Positions 54,418 to 64,000 of a stretch of DNA of 64,000 bases are shown here, one piece after another. Position 1 is the stretch's first letter, and each line of letters starts with the position of its first letter. Below the pieces are notes generated by a model, which worked only from the letters and a program-made list of their open reading frames with translations, had not been told where the DNA came from and did no database searches. Source of the DNA: Patescibacteria group bacterium (GTDB lineage: Bacteria > Patescibacteriota > Patescibacteriia > UBA9934 > GWF2-40-263); the NCBI GenBank assembly GCA_038065075.1, contig JBBTRQ010000011.1, positions 5,924-69,923 on the forward strand, given 5' to 3'. The translations under genes were made by a program, and so were the position numbers.

Positions 54418-55049
54418 AAGTCGTGTGGTTGAGACACGACCGCCCAGATCTCGCCGAACTGGATGGAGTGTGAGCGAATGAAGAGTCCGGCGTCGTGGAG
54501 TTCCTTGGTGAAGTTTTCGAGTGTGTACTCGGTTTCGTGCGTGGTGTCGAGTCGATATTCGAGTCCGAGTTCCTTTTTGTACAGCGTGATCCAGTCACGG
54601 TCGAGCATGGGGACACGGATGAGAAAGAGAGGAGCGAGGTGTTTGACGCGTTTCAAAAACTCGACGCGATGCTCGATATGCTCCAGGACATTGGACAGCA
54701 CGACGACGTCGAAACGTTCTTCTGGTGAGAATGTCGTCGCGTCTGCCACCAGGTACAGAAGGTTCCCGCGAGCGAATCGAGTTTCCCAAGCCTGTTTGTT
54801 CTTTTTGTTAAGATCGATTCCTGTGACGTGCGCGGTTTTCCCTGCGAGATCATACGCGAGTGCTCCATTCCCACAACCGATGTCGAGCACGCGGTCAGTC
54901 GGGCGGATATGGTCGAGGAAAAACTGGTGGTAATTCATCAGCCGATGTTTGGGATGAAGTCCTCCTTCGGCACCAATCGCAAACCGGCTCGCGAGTTTGT
55001 AAGAGAGGGTGTGGAGTTTTAACGCGAGGCGGACGAGGATTTTTTGCAT
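54414..55049 (-). CDS. Class I SAM-dependent methyltransferase
   Basis: VLDIGCGNGALAYDLAGK. Confidence 0.7.
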   Translation of the reverse strand: MQKILVRLALKLHTLSYKLASRFAIGAEGGLHPKHRLMNYHQFFLDHIRPTDRVLDIGCGNGALAYDLAGKTAHVTGIDLNKKNKQAWETRFARGNLLYLVADATTFSPEERFDVVVLSNVLEHIEHRVEFLKRVKHLAPLFLIRVPMLDRDWITLYKKELGLEYRLDTTHETEYTLENFTKELHDAGLFIRSHSIQFGEIWAVVSQPHDL

Positions 55050-55822
55050 ACGAGCAGAATCATGTGGCCGGTCAGGCGAGCCAAGAGAAGAGTGAGTAGG
55101 TAGCGCGCTGCGCGTGCGAGTATGAATCGGCTCTTGTAAAGCCGTTGAAGGACCGGAGACAGGAAAGCGATTTCGTCCTTCACGCCTTTGAGGGCGTCAT
55201 ACGGGTATTTCTCGACACACGTGAAGCCTTGAGATTCGAGTTCCTTGATGACGGATTGCTCATCGAGCATGAATTCATAGAACGTGTCTGGGTGCTGGAC
55301 GTCGATGTTTGCGTAGCGTCCGAGATGTGCTTTGAGCCGACGCAGAGGCGACATCCACGGGAAGGTGAGAAAGAGGAAACCTCCAGGCTTGAGGACGCGC
55401 GCGGCTTCTTTGGTAATAGGATCGAAACCATCCCAGAAATGTTCGATGACCCCTAGCGACCAGTAACCATCGAAGGTGCTGTCTGTGAAGGGAAGCTGGC
55501 GGACGTCGCCGACCTGTACGCGTAGCTCGGGAATGAGTTCTTTCACGGTCTCGATCGTCCTTGTGGCGTAGTCGATGCCATGTGCCTCGTAACCCCACGT
55601 GTCCATCGCATACACGACTTGTCCAGTTCCACATCCGCCTTCCAAGATGCCCCCACCAGCTGGAACATACTTCATCGTCACACGTTTGAGAAAGTGATAC
55701 GTGTTGCCAGACGTAATGTCTTTGAGGAGTTTTTCTTTGCTCCATTGTTCATCCCAAAATTCCGGCGTGGCTTCACGTGTGAACATGGCAAGTCGTTTGT
55801 TGGTGGCGTCGTAGGCGATCAT
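55019..55822 (-). CDS. Class I SAM-dependent methyltransferase
   Basis: GGILEGGCGTGQVVYAMDTWGYEAHGIDYA. Confidence 0.7.
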   Translation of the reverse strand: MIAYDATNKRLAMFTREATPEFWDEQWSKEKLLKDITSGNTYHFLKRVTMKYVPAGGGILEGGCGTGQVVYAMDTWGYEAHGIDYATRTIETVKELIPELRVQVGDVRQLPFTDSTFDGYWSLGVIEHFWDGFDPITKEAARVLKPGGFLFLTFPWMSPLRRLKAHLGRYANIDVQHPDTFYEFMLDEQSVIKELESQGFTCVEKYPYDALKGVKDEIAFLSPVLQRLYKSRFILARAARYLLTLLLARLTGHMILLVCKKSSSASR

Positions 55823-56967
55823 GAGTAGAAGGAGAGTTCGTTTTGAATGGCTTGGTCGAGCGAGGCGGTGGACAGAATCTGTTTACGCGCCTGTTCTCCA
55901 ATTCGATTCTGGAGTTCGTGATTGTTGAGCAGTCGTTTCAGTGTTTCTTGTAGCGAGTTTGCAGTTGTCTCGCACAGGAGCCCCGTCTCCTTGTCTTTGA
56001 TGAGCGTATTGATTCCTTCGACGTTCGTGCCCACGACCGGCAATCCGCAGGCCATAGCCTCGAGAAGCACTTTCGGATTTCCTTCGTAGAGAGATGGAAG
56101 CACGAAGATCTCGCAAGCATTGAGCGCGGCGGGCAGTTCCTCGTTGGCCACACGGCCGCGGAACTTCACATCGACACCCAGGGCACGCGCTTGTTCCTCG
56201 AGTGTGTGTTGCAGAGAGCCTTCGCCGTATACGATGAGCCTCGCGTTCAAGCCTTGCATCGCTTCTACGAGTGTATCAAGATTTTTTTGCTTCTCGAGCC
56301 GTCCGACGTAGCAGACCGTTCTGGGTTGTTTCTCGACCGTCATGAGTCGAAACAATTCCGTGTCGACCCAGTTGGGAATGACATGAATTTTTCCTCGCGG
56401 AATGTGGTAGCGGGTTGCGACGAAGTCTGCATCTGCTTGTGTCGTGTGGATGATGGCGCCTGCGGATCGGTAGGCAAGGCGTTCGATCATCGAGATCGCG
56501 GCCCGTTTTAATCGCGACGCTCCCTGACGCTTGGCAAAGCGATACCATTGGAACCCTGCGCGCACGATGAGTGGTTTGCGATAGAGCCAGTGCGCGAGGA
56601 GCGCTGGAATCGCGCCAGCAACCTGGTGGATCCGTATTGCGTCGACTTGCTTGAGCTGTTTGCGGTAGACGAACGGAAGCATGAGTGCGTAATGGCTTGG
56701 TGGACATTTACAGTTTTTTTGGAATAGACGGATGTTGGGCCCAAGGCGGTTGAGATATTGCTCGTCGTGTTCGCCGTAGGTAAACAACCACACCTCACCG
56801 ACCTCACGAGCGAGTTCTTGGTAGAACTGTACTTCGCGCGAAAACATTCCGCGCTTCTCCCAAAGTTCGAGAGAAACGCCATGCGTGAAAAAGACGGCGA
56901 TGCGTTTGTCTGGACTAAACGCCATAGTAGCCTCGATACCATTCCACGAATTTCGGAATACCTTCAT
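55819..56967 (-). CDS. Glycosyltransferase family 4
   Basis: EGNPKVLLEAMACGLPVVGTNVEGINTLIKDKETG. Confidence 0.8.
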   Translation of the reverse strand: MKVFRNSWNGIEATMAFSPDKRIAVFFTHGVSLELWEKRGMFSREVQFYQELAREVGEVWLFTYGEHDEQYLNRLGPNIRLFQKNCKCPPSHYALMLPFVYRKQLKQVDAIRIHQVAGAIPALLAHWLYRKPLIVRAGFQWYRFAKRQGASRLKRAAISMIERLAYRSAGAIIHTTQADADFVATRYHIPRGKIHVIPNWVDTELFRLMTVEKQPRTVCYVGRLEKQKNLDTLVEAMQGLNARLIVYGEGSLQHTLEEQARALGVDVKFRGRVANEELPAALNACEIFVLPSLYEGNPKVLLEAMACGLPVVGTNVEGINTLIKDKETGLLCETTANSLQETLKRLLNNHELQNRIGEQARKQILSTASLDQAIQNELSFYS

Positions 56968-57898
56968 CGAGGTTTACGCGCGGTTCCCAGCTTAGAGTCG
57001 TCTTCGCGCGAGAGATGTCGGCCCAGGTCTGTCGCACGTCGCCAGGTTGCATTTCTATAAATGTCTTCTCGATTGTTTTTCCAGTGGCTTGTTCCACAAG
57101 CTCGATCATGTGCATCAGTGGCTCGGCCTTGCCACGTCCAAGATTGAGAATCTCCCATGCAGAAGGTGTTTCAAGCGCGTGGACAATACCGTCAACGATA
57201 TCGTCGATGTAAGTGAAGTCGCGCGCCATTTCTCCTTGGCCAAAGATGCGAATAGGTGTGCCGTCGAGTGCCGCCTTCGTAAAAGAAAAAAACGCCATGT
57301 CCGGCCGGCCCCATGGCCCGTACACCGTGAAGAACCGCAAACAGGTGATGGAGAGGCCGTAGAGATGATGATAGCTATGTGCCATCAGCTCGCAAGATTT
57401 TTTTGTCGCGGCGTAGAGCGAGATGGGTGCATCGGTCGCGTCCGTTTCTTTGACTGGGTACTGTCGGGCATCGCCGTAGACGGAGGAGCTTGAGGCCATG
57501 ACGATTCTGCTCACGTGAAACTCGCGGGCGAGTTCGAGTATTGAGAGCGTACCGCGTAGGTTACTTTGCTCGTAGACAAAGGGAGCTTGGGCCGCATAAC
57601 GCACACCCGCTTGCGCACCCAGGTGACAGATTTTGTCGATGTCATGTTTCTCAAAAATGTCCCGCATCGCGGCGTGGTCGGCAATATCGACGCGGTACAG
57701 GGTGTGGGGGATGTTCGCGAGGAGTGTCTGAACGCGTGCTTCCTTAAGCGTTGGGTCGTAATAAGGGTTGAAATTATCGACGATCACAAGCTCGTTCCCA
57801 AGCTCACCGAGCCGTTTGGCCACCGCCGAGCCGATGAATCCCGCGCCTCCCGTCACGAGAATAGACCCATTGTCATGTGGTTGGAGCATAGTGGGCAT
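56915..57898 (-). CDS. NAD-dependent nucleotide-sugar epimerase (UDP-glucuronate 4-epimerase-like SDR)
   Basis: ILVTGGAGFIGSAVAKRL...VDNFNPYYDPTLKEARVQTLL...YAATKKSCELMAHSYHHLYGL. Confidence 0.85.
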   Translation of the reverse strand: MPTMLQPHDNGSILVTGGAGFIGSAVAKRLGELGNELVIVDNFNPYYDPTLKEARVQTLLANIPHTLYRVDIADHAAMRDIFEKHDIDKICHLGAQAGVRYAAQAPFVYEQSNLRGTLSILELAREFHVSRIVMASSSSVYGDARQYPVKETDATDAPISLYAATKKSCELMAHSYHHLYGLSITCLRFFTVYGPWGRPDMAFFSFTKAALDGTPIRIFGQGEMARDFTYIDDIVDGIVHALETPSAWEILNLGRGKAEPLMHMIELVEQATGKTIEKTFIEMQPGDVRQTWADISRAKTTLSWEPRVNLDEGIPKFVEWYRGYYGV

Positions 57899-57927
57899 AT
57901 TTTACACATATTCTCAGATGAATCACA

Positions 57928-59883
57928 ATGGAAGCGTTGCACGGTATGAAACACACATCACATCTTTTGGAACGGTTCGCTCATTGGGGGATTTCTGCGC
58001 TGTTGGCTACCCCGTTGTTGTTTTCCAATAGCTTCCTGTTTCCCGCGATGGCTCCCAAGTTGTTGTGGTTTTTTTTTGTTTCTGAGGTGACGTTCGTGTT
58101 GTGTGTGTGGTTGTGGAGGGTCAAACCATCGTCGCCGCCAAGAACATCGCTTCCGCTTGTCCTCTTTTTTATCTTTCTTGTCGTTCTCGCTCTCTCTGCC
58201 GTGCTTGGGGTGTATCCGCTCAATAGTTTTTGGGGCAGTTTGGAGACGAACACGAGCGTCCTTGTTTGGATTCACCTGGGTCTGGTACTCGTGAGTCTCC
58301 TCACTGTTGCGAAGACACCGCAGGCGTGGACCAACATCGCGGTTGTTGCGACCGTCATTGGCCTGAGTGTCTCCGTCTTGCATCTGACTTCTTTTGCCCC
58401 TGAGACTTCTGTTATCGGGTTTAATAGCGGTTCAACGTTGGGGAATTCAGGTTTCCTGGGGACGTATCTCTTGTTCTCGCTTTTTTTTGCTGCCTTCTTG
58501 ACCCTGTGTGTCGCCGCCCGGGCACGGATGTTGGGAATGGTCGCCGTTGCCGTCTTCTTGTACACGTTATTTTCTAGCGATGCCGCCGCCGCTTCCATCG
58601 GTGCATTGGGAGGTTTGTTGTTGTTTGCTTCGCTTTTGCTGTGCGCGTCTAAAGACAAGCATCGGCGATCCTTGGGACTTGCCGTGATTTTTTTCCTTGG
58701 TGCCGCCTTTGTGAGTGCGGCTTGGCTTGCGATTCATGACGGGAATGCGGTGCACGCGTGGATTTTGGAGCACAGTTCCGGTTCTCGGTTCGTGGTTGCC
58801 AAGATCGCTTGGGGATCGTTTTTGGAGCATCCCATTCTTGGTTGGGGTCCAGAGAATTTTCGTTTCGCGTTCCTCTCCCATTTTGCCCCTTGTTTTGGTG
58901 GAGAGTACTGCGGGGGGAACATTCTCTTTGACCGCGCCCATAACGTCTTTCTGGATATCCTTGTGACCGTTGGGTTGGTTGGGCTCGTTGCCTATGCGGC
59001 GTTGTGGGTCGGGATGTTCTCTTATCTTTGGCAGGTATTTAGACGCAATGCGATATCCATCCGTGCCGCCGCACTTGTCGTGAGCGTATTGGCCGCCTAT
59101 TTCGTCCAGAATCTGACTACCTTTGATACGGTCGTCTCGCTTCTCTTTTTCGTCTTCGTATACGCGTTCGTCGCCAGCCACACACATGAGCCTGTGTCTG
59201 ATACGAGGATCAACATTGTTGCTCCGGCGCTTGTCACGATCCTCTTGCCCGTATGCCTGTTTTTCTTTGTGGTTGAACCTCTGCGCGGTGTCATGAACGT
59301 GAAAGTTGCCGCGACGAGTCTCAATTCAATTGTGCGCTTTGGCGCCTACCAAACGGCTGTGACTGTTTCGCCGTTGGGCAGGGATGTCCGCCGCAACTTT
59401 CTTGCGCTTCAGACAGCAAACCTCTTGTGGGGATATGACCCTGTTGCCCAAGCGGACGTCGTGGCAAAGCTCAAGCCGTACTTCGTGGAGGAAATCGCTC
59501 TTGCCAAAGACACCCTTGGCGATACACTATCGCGTTCGCCCGATGACCTACGGGGGTACCTCTACCTGCTTAAACTCCTCCAGGTGCAAGGTCGCCTGTA
59601 CGATCAAGACGCATTTGTGCAGGCAGGGCTTGTCTTGGATGAGGCTCGAGCCCGCAACCCAAACCAAACGATTTTTCTTTGGGTAGGCGTCGCCCTTCGT
59701 TTAGAGCAAGGGGATCAAACGGGGGCTATCGAGATCGCCAAAGAGGCAATTGCGCTTGCTCCAGACCACGAGACAACACAACGAAACCAAACATTGCTCG
59801 AGGCCTATCTTGATAAGGTTACATTCACAATCGCAACGCCCAGCGAGCTTACATACATATTGCTTCAGTTCTATTTAGATTGA
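57928..59883 (+). CDS. O-antigen ligase-like (Wzy_C) membrane protein with C-terminal TPR repeats
   Basis: Polytopic. WGPENFRFAFLSHFAPCFGGEYCGGNILFDRAHNVFLDILVTVGLVG (Wzy_C loop). TPR C-terminus. Confidence 0.75.
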   Translation: MEALHGMKHTSHLLERFAHWGISALLATPLLFSNSFLFPAMAPKLLWFFFVSEVTFVLCVWLWRVKPSSPPRTSLPLVLFFIFLVVLALSAVLGVYPLNSFWGSLETNTSVLVWIHLGLVLVSLLTVAKTPQAWTNIAVVATVIGLSVSVLHLTSFAPETSVIGFNSGSTLGNSGFLGTYLLFSLFFAAFLTLCVAARARMLGMVAVAVFLYTLFSSDAAAASIGALGGLLLFASLLLCASKDKHRRSLGLAVIFFLGAAFVSAAWLAIHDGNAVHAWILEHSSGSRFVVAKIAWGSFLEHPILGWGPENFRFAFLSHFAPCFGGEYCGGNILFDRAHNVFLDILVTVGLVGLVAYAALWVGMFSYLWQVFRRNAISIRAAALVVSVLAAYFVQNLTTFDTVVSLLFFVFVYAFVASHTHEPVSDTRINIVAPALVTILLPVCLFFFVVEPLRGVMNVKVAATSLNSIVRFGAYQTAVTVSPLGRDVRRNFLALQTANLLWGYDPVAQADVVAKLKPYFVEEIALAKDTLGDTLSRSPDDLRGYLYLLKLLQVQGRLYDQDAFVQAGLVLDEARARNPNQTIFLWVGVALRLEQGDQTGAIEIAKEAIALAPDHETTQRNQTLLEAYLDKVTFTIATPSELTYILLQFYLD

Positions 59884-59888
59884 CGTTC

Positions 59889-61862
59889 ATGCCCCGTCGC
59901 ATCTGCCAATGGCTTTTATACTCACTTACCCTAACCCCGCTCTTGGTTTGGAAGGGGTTGTATTATGAGTTCACGACAACAGAAGCCTTTTTTGTCATGG
60001 GGGTCGTGGAGGTGATGGTGCTGTGTTTTATTTGGGCGGCCTATAAAGATCCGCAGGTAAGACCAAGGCTCGGCCTGGTCGGGAAAGCCTTCCTCGTATT
60101 CGTGGCTATCCTTGTGCTTGCGTCGGCCTTTGGGGTGGATCCAACGCTCAGCTTCTGGTCGAGCTTTGACCGTCTCACGGGCGTTGTCTTTTGGTTTCAT
60201 CTCTCGGCACTGTTTGTTGTGGGCAGTGGGATTCTTCGCACATCAGAAGATTGGCGCAGGTTGTTCTTTTGCTCAACCTTCGTGGGATTTTTCGTTTCTG
60301 TATTCCATCTTCTTTCCTTCGCGGGATTTGATGGTGTGTGGCTCGTCAACCGTAGCGCCACCATTGGCAACTCGACTTTCTTTGCGGTGTACATTCTGTT
60401 CCAATTAGCTTTTTCTTTGCTCATTCTCGTCCGCGCGTCCGGAATATGGCGAGCCTATGCCATTTTTGTCGCCATTGTTTTCGCCATGGCGATTTACACA
60501 AGCGAAGCGCAAGCGGTGATTCTCTCCTCGGTTGGGGGGCTGGTTCTCATTGTGGCTCTTATGGGAGTACGGCGAGGAAAGGCGGCTCGTGTTGTGGGTA
60601 TATCGATCATTGCCGTGCTTGTGTTGGCATTTTTCGTCGGGCTTCTTGGGTTATTCCAACCTTCCTCCGCCGTCCGACAATGGTTGATAGAACATTCGTC
60701 CGGTTCCCGCTTTACCCTTTGGGAGATCGCCGGGAAGGGGATAGAGGATCGTCCGTTGCTTGGTTGGGGTTCAGAGAATTTCGGGTCGGTGTTTACCCAG
60801 TATTACAACCCCTGTTTTGGTTCGTTCGCCTGTGGGGCACAGAATTTGTTTGATCGGGCGCATAACAAGGTACTCGACGTCTTGGTCGAGACCGGCGTGG
60901 TTGGTCTTTTGGGATACCTCGCCATTTTTGTTGCGGCCATTTGGAGCCTCTGGCGGCGGAATTGGGAGCCTCGTGACGCGTTGATCCCCATGGTCGTGAC
61001 GGGCGCTCTGGCGGCATATGTTGTCCAAGATCTTGTGGCGTTGGATGTTCCACTGACGTTGCTGTTTTTGGTATTTTTACTTTTGTTCACAGACCAGACG
61101 GGAAGCACGGCCGTCTTGGCAGGAAAAAAACGACGATTCATGCCGATGGCTGTGCCTGTGTGTGTAACCATTTTTGTCCTTGTGGTTTTTTTCGTAAACG
61201 TAATCCAGCCCTTGCGCGCAAACCTCTCTGTGGCGCAGTGGTTTGAAGCGGATAGTGACACAGAACGCTTGGCGGCGCTTGACCGTGCGACAGGACTCTC
61301 CAAGGTTGGGATAGAGGATCGTCTTGCGTTCATGGCCAGACAAAGCGCTGGGAAACTCTGGATTGAGTCCATTAAGGGTGAGGCGATGACGGATGAGGCG
61401 GGTGAGGAGACGGTTCTTTTGTACGATCGACTTTTGGCGTTTGAGCAAACGCATTCACTGTCTTTATCCGTGCAAACTCAGTTGGGATTTGTTCTCCACA
61501 CCAGCGGAAAGTTTTTTGACGAGGACGCTTTCCAAGCGGCAGAGAACGTCCTGCAGGAAGCCATCGATCGCTACCCCAACCACCCACAGCCACGATGGGC
61601 GCTGGCCTCCGTGTACCTTGAACAGGGGAAGATGGAGCAAGCCATAGCCATAACCCAAGCGGCGTTTGACCTGGACCCCGCAGTCGTAGAGTCCCATATT
61701 CAGCGGCTCATTGCCGTAAAGTTTTCGCAAAATCAAGAGTTGTTTATGCGCTATGTCCAGGAGGCCATGGCTCTTTCTCCTGAGTCGGAAGCAGAAATCC
61801 GTCTCATTTACGAGGCGGATCTTGCACGCAAACGGGATCAGCTTTTATTTGAACTCTATTAA
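59889..61862 (+). CDS. O-antigen ligase-like (Wzy_C) + TPR membrane protein (paralog)
   Basis: WGSENFGSVFTQYYNPCFGSFACGAQNLFDRAHNKVLDVLVETGVVG. First ATG at 59889 (track TTG 59880 overlaps the previous stop). Confidence 0.75.
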   Translation: MPRRICQWLLYSLTLTPLLVWKGLYYEFTTTEAFFVMGVVEVMVLCFIWAAYKDPQVRPRLGLVGKAFLVFVAILVLASAFGVDPTLSFWSSFDRLTGVVFWFHLSALFVVGSGILRTSEDWRRLFFCSTFVGFFVSVFHLLSFAGFDGVWLVNRSATIGNSTFFAVYILFQLAFSLLILVRASGIWRAYAIFVAIVFAMAIYTSEAQAVILSSVGGLVLIVALMGVRRGKAARVVGISIIAVLVLAFFVGLLGLFQPSSAVRQWLIEHSSGSRFTLWEIAGKGIEDRPLLGWGSENFGSVFTQYYNPCFGSFACGAQNLFDRAHNKVLDVLVETGVVGLLGYLAIFVAAIWSLWRRNWEPRDALIPMVVTGALAAYVVQDLVALDVPLTLLFLVFLLLFTDQTGSTAVLAGKKRRFMPMAVPVCVTIFVLVVFFVNVIQPLRANLSVAQWFEADSDTERLAALDRATGLSKVGIEDRLAFMARQSAGKLWIESIKGEAMTDEAGEETVLLYDRLLAFEQTHSLSLSVQTQLGFVLHTSGKFFDEDAFQAAENVLQEAIDRYPNHPQPRWALASVYLEQGKMEQAIAITQAAFDLDPAVVESHIQRLIAVKFSQNQELFMRYVQEAMALSPESEAEIRLIYEADLARKRDQLLFELY

Positions 61863-63856
61863 CGGTGGAACAGTGTCAGGAGTTCCTGGGACTGTGTGGA
61901 AATGTCTGCTGTCCTCAGTTCATCGATGTCTGCTTTCAAGGCAGGAACGGCGAGGAGCGCTTTTTTGGCGAGATCCTCAAACGCGGCCTCGTCATCCATC
62001 CATTTGAGTACGAGGAGTTGGTAGTTATAAGCCTGGGGGGAGAATGGGGATGCAGAAAGCACATCCTGCGTGAGAGCGAGAGCCTCATCAGCTCTCCCCA
62101 TATCAAGATACACACCCGCGAGCGTCCATTTAGGTTGCGGGATCAGTGGGTAGAGGTCGATGGCTTCAAGCAAAACGGCCTCTGCTTTTTCAAATCCGGC
62201 TGGATTGAAGAAATGGCCTTCCGTTTGCTCCATGATGCCCAGGGCGATGTGGGCGCGTAGCTCTTGGCTTTTGTGAGTGAGGCTTTCTTTCAGACCTGCT
62301 TGTGCCATTCCTAATTCTATTCGTGCCGCCGACTCAATATCCTTGAGTCGCTCAGGAGCGATGTTCCAGAACACACGCTCCGTCTGGGCTGAGAGCCATG
62401 CCCGGCGCATGTCTCTCCCAAGAGGAGAGAGAGTTGTCGCTCGCTCGTAAGCTTCAACCCTCTCTTGGAGCGACGTGGCATTGAGGGTTTGTGCAAAGGC
62501 CAGATTACCGCGAACGGGTTGGATGACAAAGAAGAAGAGGAGGAATGGAAGGAAAATCGTTGCGAAAGATGGGACGAGGGCGGACAAAGGAGTTCGTTTT
62601 TCGGTCGGGGGTCTGTTAAGGGTGCTTCCAAATGCGAGAATCAGAGTCCAAAATAAGAGGCTTGTGTTTGTGTCCAAGACAGTGAGGTTTTGGACGAAAT
62701 AGGTCGCGAGAGCCGAGACGAACACAACGAACGTGAAAGGCGTGATGCGGCGATTTTTTCTTGCCGTGTTAAGTGCGTAGAGCGTGGCCACAAAGAGACT
62801 CAGGTAAATGGAGAGGCCCACGACCCCCGATTCAATCCACACGTCCAACACCTTGTTGTGTGCGCGGTCGAACCACATTTCAAATCCACACGCCTGAGAT
62901 CCCAAGCAAGCGTCGTAGTATTTAAGTGAGACGGTGCCAAAATTTTCTAGACCCCAACCGAGCACGGGTCGTTCCCGGATGCCTTTCCAAGCCATGTCCC
63001 ACAAGGCGAATCGGGATCCTGAAGAGAGGTCGATGAAGGTGCGGTGGAGGAAACTGTCTGGCACGAAGATTAACGTGCTCGTTGCCAAGAAAGATACAAT
63101 GAGGGCTCCCAATACAAACCACCCAATTATTCGCTTCCACCTTTGAGCCGTCAAGATCAGGAGAAGAGACACAAGCAAAATGATACCGCCCAGTAAGCTG
63201 TATTGTACAGCGACCGCACTGATAGTCCTTAACGTAAAGAAAAAGAAAGCGGCAAACATGATCCACACAAGCCGGCGACTCGTTTTGATCTGTTCGCCCG
63301 CGACATAGAGCGCAAAAAAGAAATGGAAGAGAAGGTACACGGCAAGGAAGGAAGAGTTCCCAAATGTGGATCCACCATGTGCTTCGGGGATCAAGGAATC
63401 TCCTCCAAGTGAAAAGAGATGGACGAGAGCAACGGCCAGGGCAACGAGAGTCGAGAAGGAAAAAAACTGTACCCAATCGCTCTGGGAACGCAGGATGTTT
63501 ACGGCCAGAAAAAAGACCAAAACAAGATGCAACCACGTAAGGACACCGCCCATGCGATCCAGGCTCCCCCAAAAGCTATAAGCGGGATTCACTCCAGTGA
63601 GGGAGGTGAGAATGAGGACGCTCAGGTAAAGCAGGACAAGTTTTCCGATAGGGGAGAGAGGAGCCCGCACAAGAGACGTGCGAGATTTAAACCACAAGAA
63701 ACACACGAGAGACAGTTCGCTTAATGCGTACAAGGCATACGTTTTGGGTGTTGTGTGGAGGAATAGGAGTTTGCTCCAGTACAAGACTGGGATGAGCAAG
63801 AGAGCGAACAAGAACAGTCGAGATGCTTTCAAGAGAGGATCGTCGTGGGTCTGCAT
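61859..63856 (-). CDS. O-antigen ligase-like (Wzy_C) + TPR membrane protein (paralog, convergent)
   Basis: WGLENFGTVSLKYYDACLGSQACGFEMWFDRAHNKVLDVWIESGVVG. ATG at 63856 (rc). Confidence 0.75.
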   Translation of the reverse strand: MQTHDDPLLKASRLFLFALLLIPVLYWSKLLFLHTTPKTYALYALSELSLVCFLWFKSRTSLVRAPLSPIGKLVLLYLSVLILTSLTGVNPAYSFWGSLDRMGGVLTWLHLVLVFFLAVNILRSQSDWVQFFSFSTLVALAVALVHLFSLGGDSLIPEAHGGSTFGNSSFLAVYLLFHFFFALYVAGEQIKTSRRLVWIMFAAFFFFTLRTISAVAVQYSLLGGIILLVSLLLILTAQRWKRIIGWFVLGALIVSFLATSTLIFVPDSFLHRTFIDLSSGSRFALWDMAWKGIRERPVLGWGLENFGTVSLKYYDACLGSQACGFEMWFDRAHNKVLDVWIESGVVGLSIYLSLFVATLYALNTARKNRRITPFTFVVFVSALATYFVQNLTVLDTNTSLLFWTLILAFGSTLNRPPTEKRTPLSALVPSFATIFLPFLLFFFVIQPVRGNLAFAQTLNATSLQERVEAYERATTLSPLGRDMRRAWLSAQTERVFWNIAPERLKDIESAARIELGMAQAGLKESLTHKSQELRAHIALGIMEQTEGHFFNPAGFEKAEAVLLEAIDLYPLIPQPKWTLAGVYLDMGRADEALALTQDVLSASPFSPQAYNYQLLVLKWMDDEAAFEDLAKKALLAVPALKADIDELRTADISTQSQELLTLFHR

Positions 63857-64000
63857 ACTTTGTCTATTGTAAAGATCGCGATAAGATACTGCAATAAGAT
63901 CAACGTCGAAGTATGGGTTTTCTTTTTAGAAAATTGTCTCTGCTTTTGGGGGACATTCTGCTTTTATATGGCTCGCTTTTTTTAGCTTTGTTTGTTGGTT

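Noticed and set aside
1-64000. CRISPR arrays, rRNA genes and IS/transposase genes
   Set aside because: No regularly spaced direct repeats, no rRNA-like conserved stretches and no transposase-like ORFs were seen on either strand. The only recombinase is the large serine recombinase at 24706.

Overview
Most of this 64-kb window looks like chromosomal DNA of a small-genome bacterium. Features such as a TrbC/VirB2-like Cys-rich pilin-like protein, many Wzy_C+TPR 'O-antigen ligase-like' paralogs and compact overlapping genes are reminiscent of Patescibacteria/CPR, but that is a low-confidence inference. The window has four parts. (1) Housekeeping left flank, 1-11.2 kb: RNase J (truncated at the window start), tRNA-Leu(CAG), a family-5 ABC substrate-binding protein, SecG, a DsbA-like CxxS oxidoreductase co-transcribed with a 26-Cys secreted pilin-like protein, UvrA carrying an in-frame mini-repeat insertion, and a secreted hypothetical protein. 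(2) A ~15-kb integrated prophage-remnant/defence island, ~11.25-26.45 kb: a single-gene OLD/PARIS-like ABC-ATPase+Toprim nuclease; a LexA/CI-like repressor divergent from a GIY-YIG/DUF2188/hypothetical module; a ParB-N::DNA-methyltransferase fusion; terminase small and large subunits but no portal or capsid genes; a PIN-like gene fused into a type I R-M operon (hsdR-hsdM-hsdS-PIN); and a large serine recombinase at the right end. The island shows a candidate 11-bp direct repeat at both ends, GC-rich terminal segments, and sits between two paralogous secreted-protein genes. (3) 28.4-31.5 kb: rplS, gmk, an RluA-family pseudouridine synthase, tRNA(UAU, Ile?), two small membrane proteins and tRNA-Val(GAC). 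(4) A ~26-kb co-directional glycan-biosynthesis/assembly locus, 31.5-64 kb: a CCA-adding-enzyme family gene, multiple GT4/GT2 glycosyltransferases, six SAM methyltransferases (three tandem Zn-ribbon paralogs), GDP-mannose 4,6-dehydratase, a UDP-GlcA-4-epimerase-like SDR, an MsbA/PglK-like ABC flippase, four Wzy_C+TPR ligase-like paralogs, and a cassette of a DAH7PS-Iβ-like aldolase with an altered phosphate-binding motif, a CMP-ulosonic-acid synthetase-like cytidylyltransferase, an AroE-like dehydrogenase and a Gfo/Idh/MocA oxidoreductase. That cassette may encode a novel CMP-3-deoxy-ulosonic-acid pathway. Several small structured or repeated non-coding elements are also described. All coordinates I derived by hand (tRNAs, hairpins, alternative starts) may be off by ±1-2 nt.
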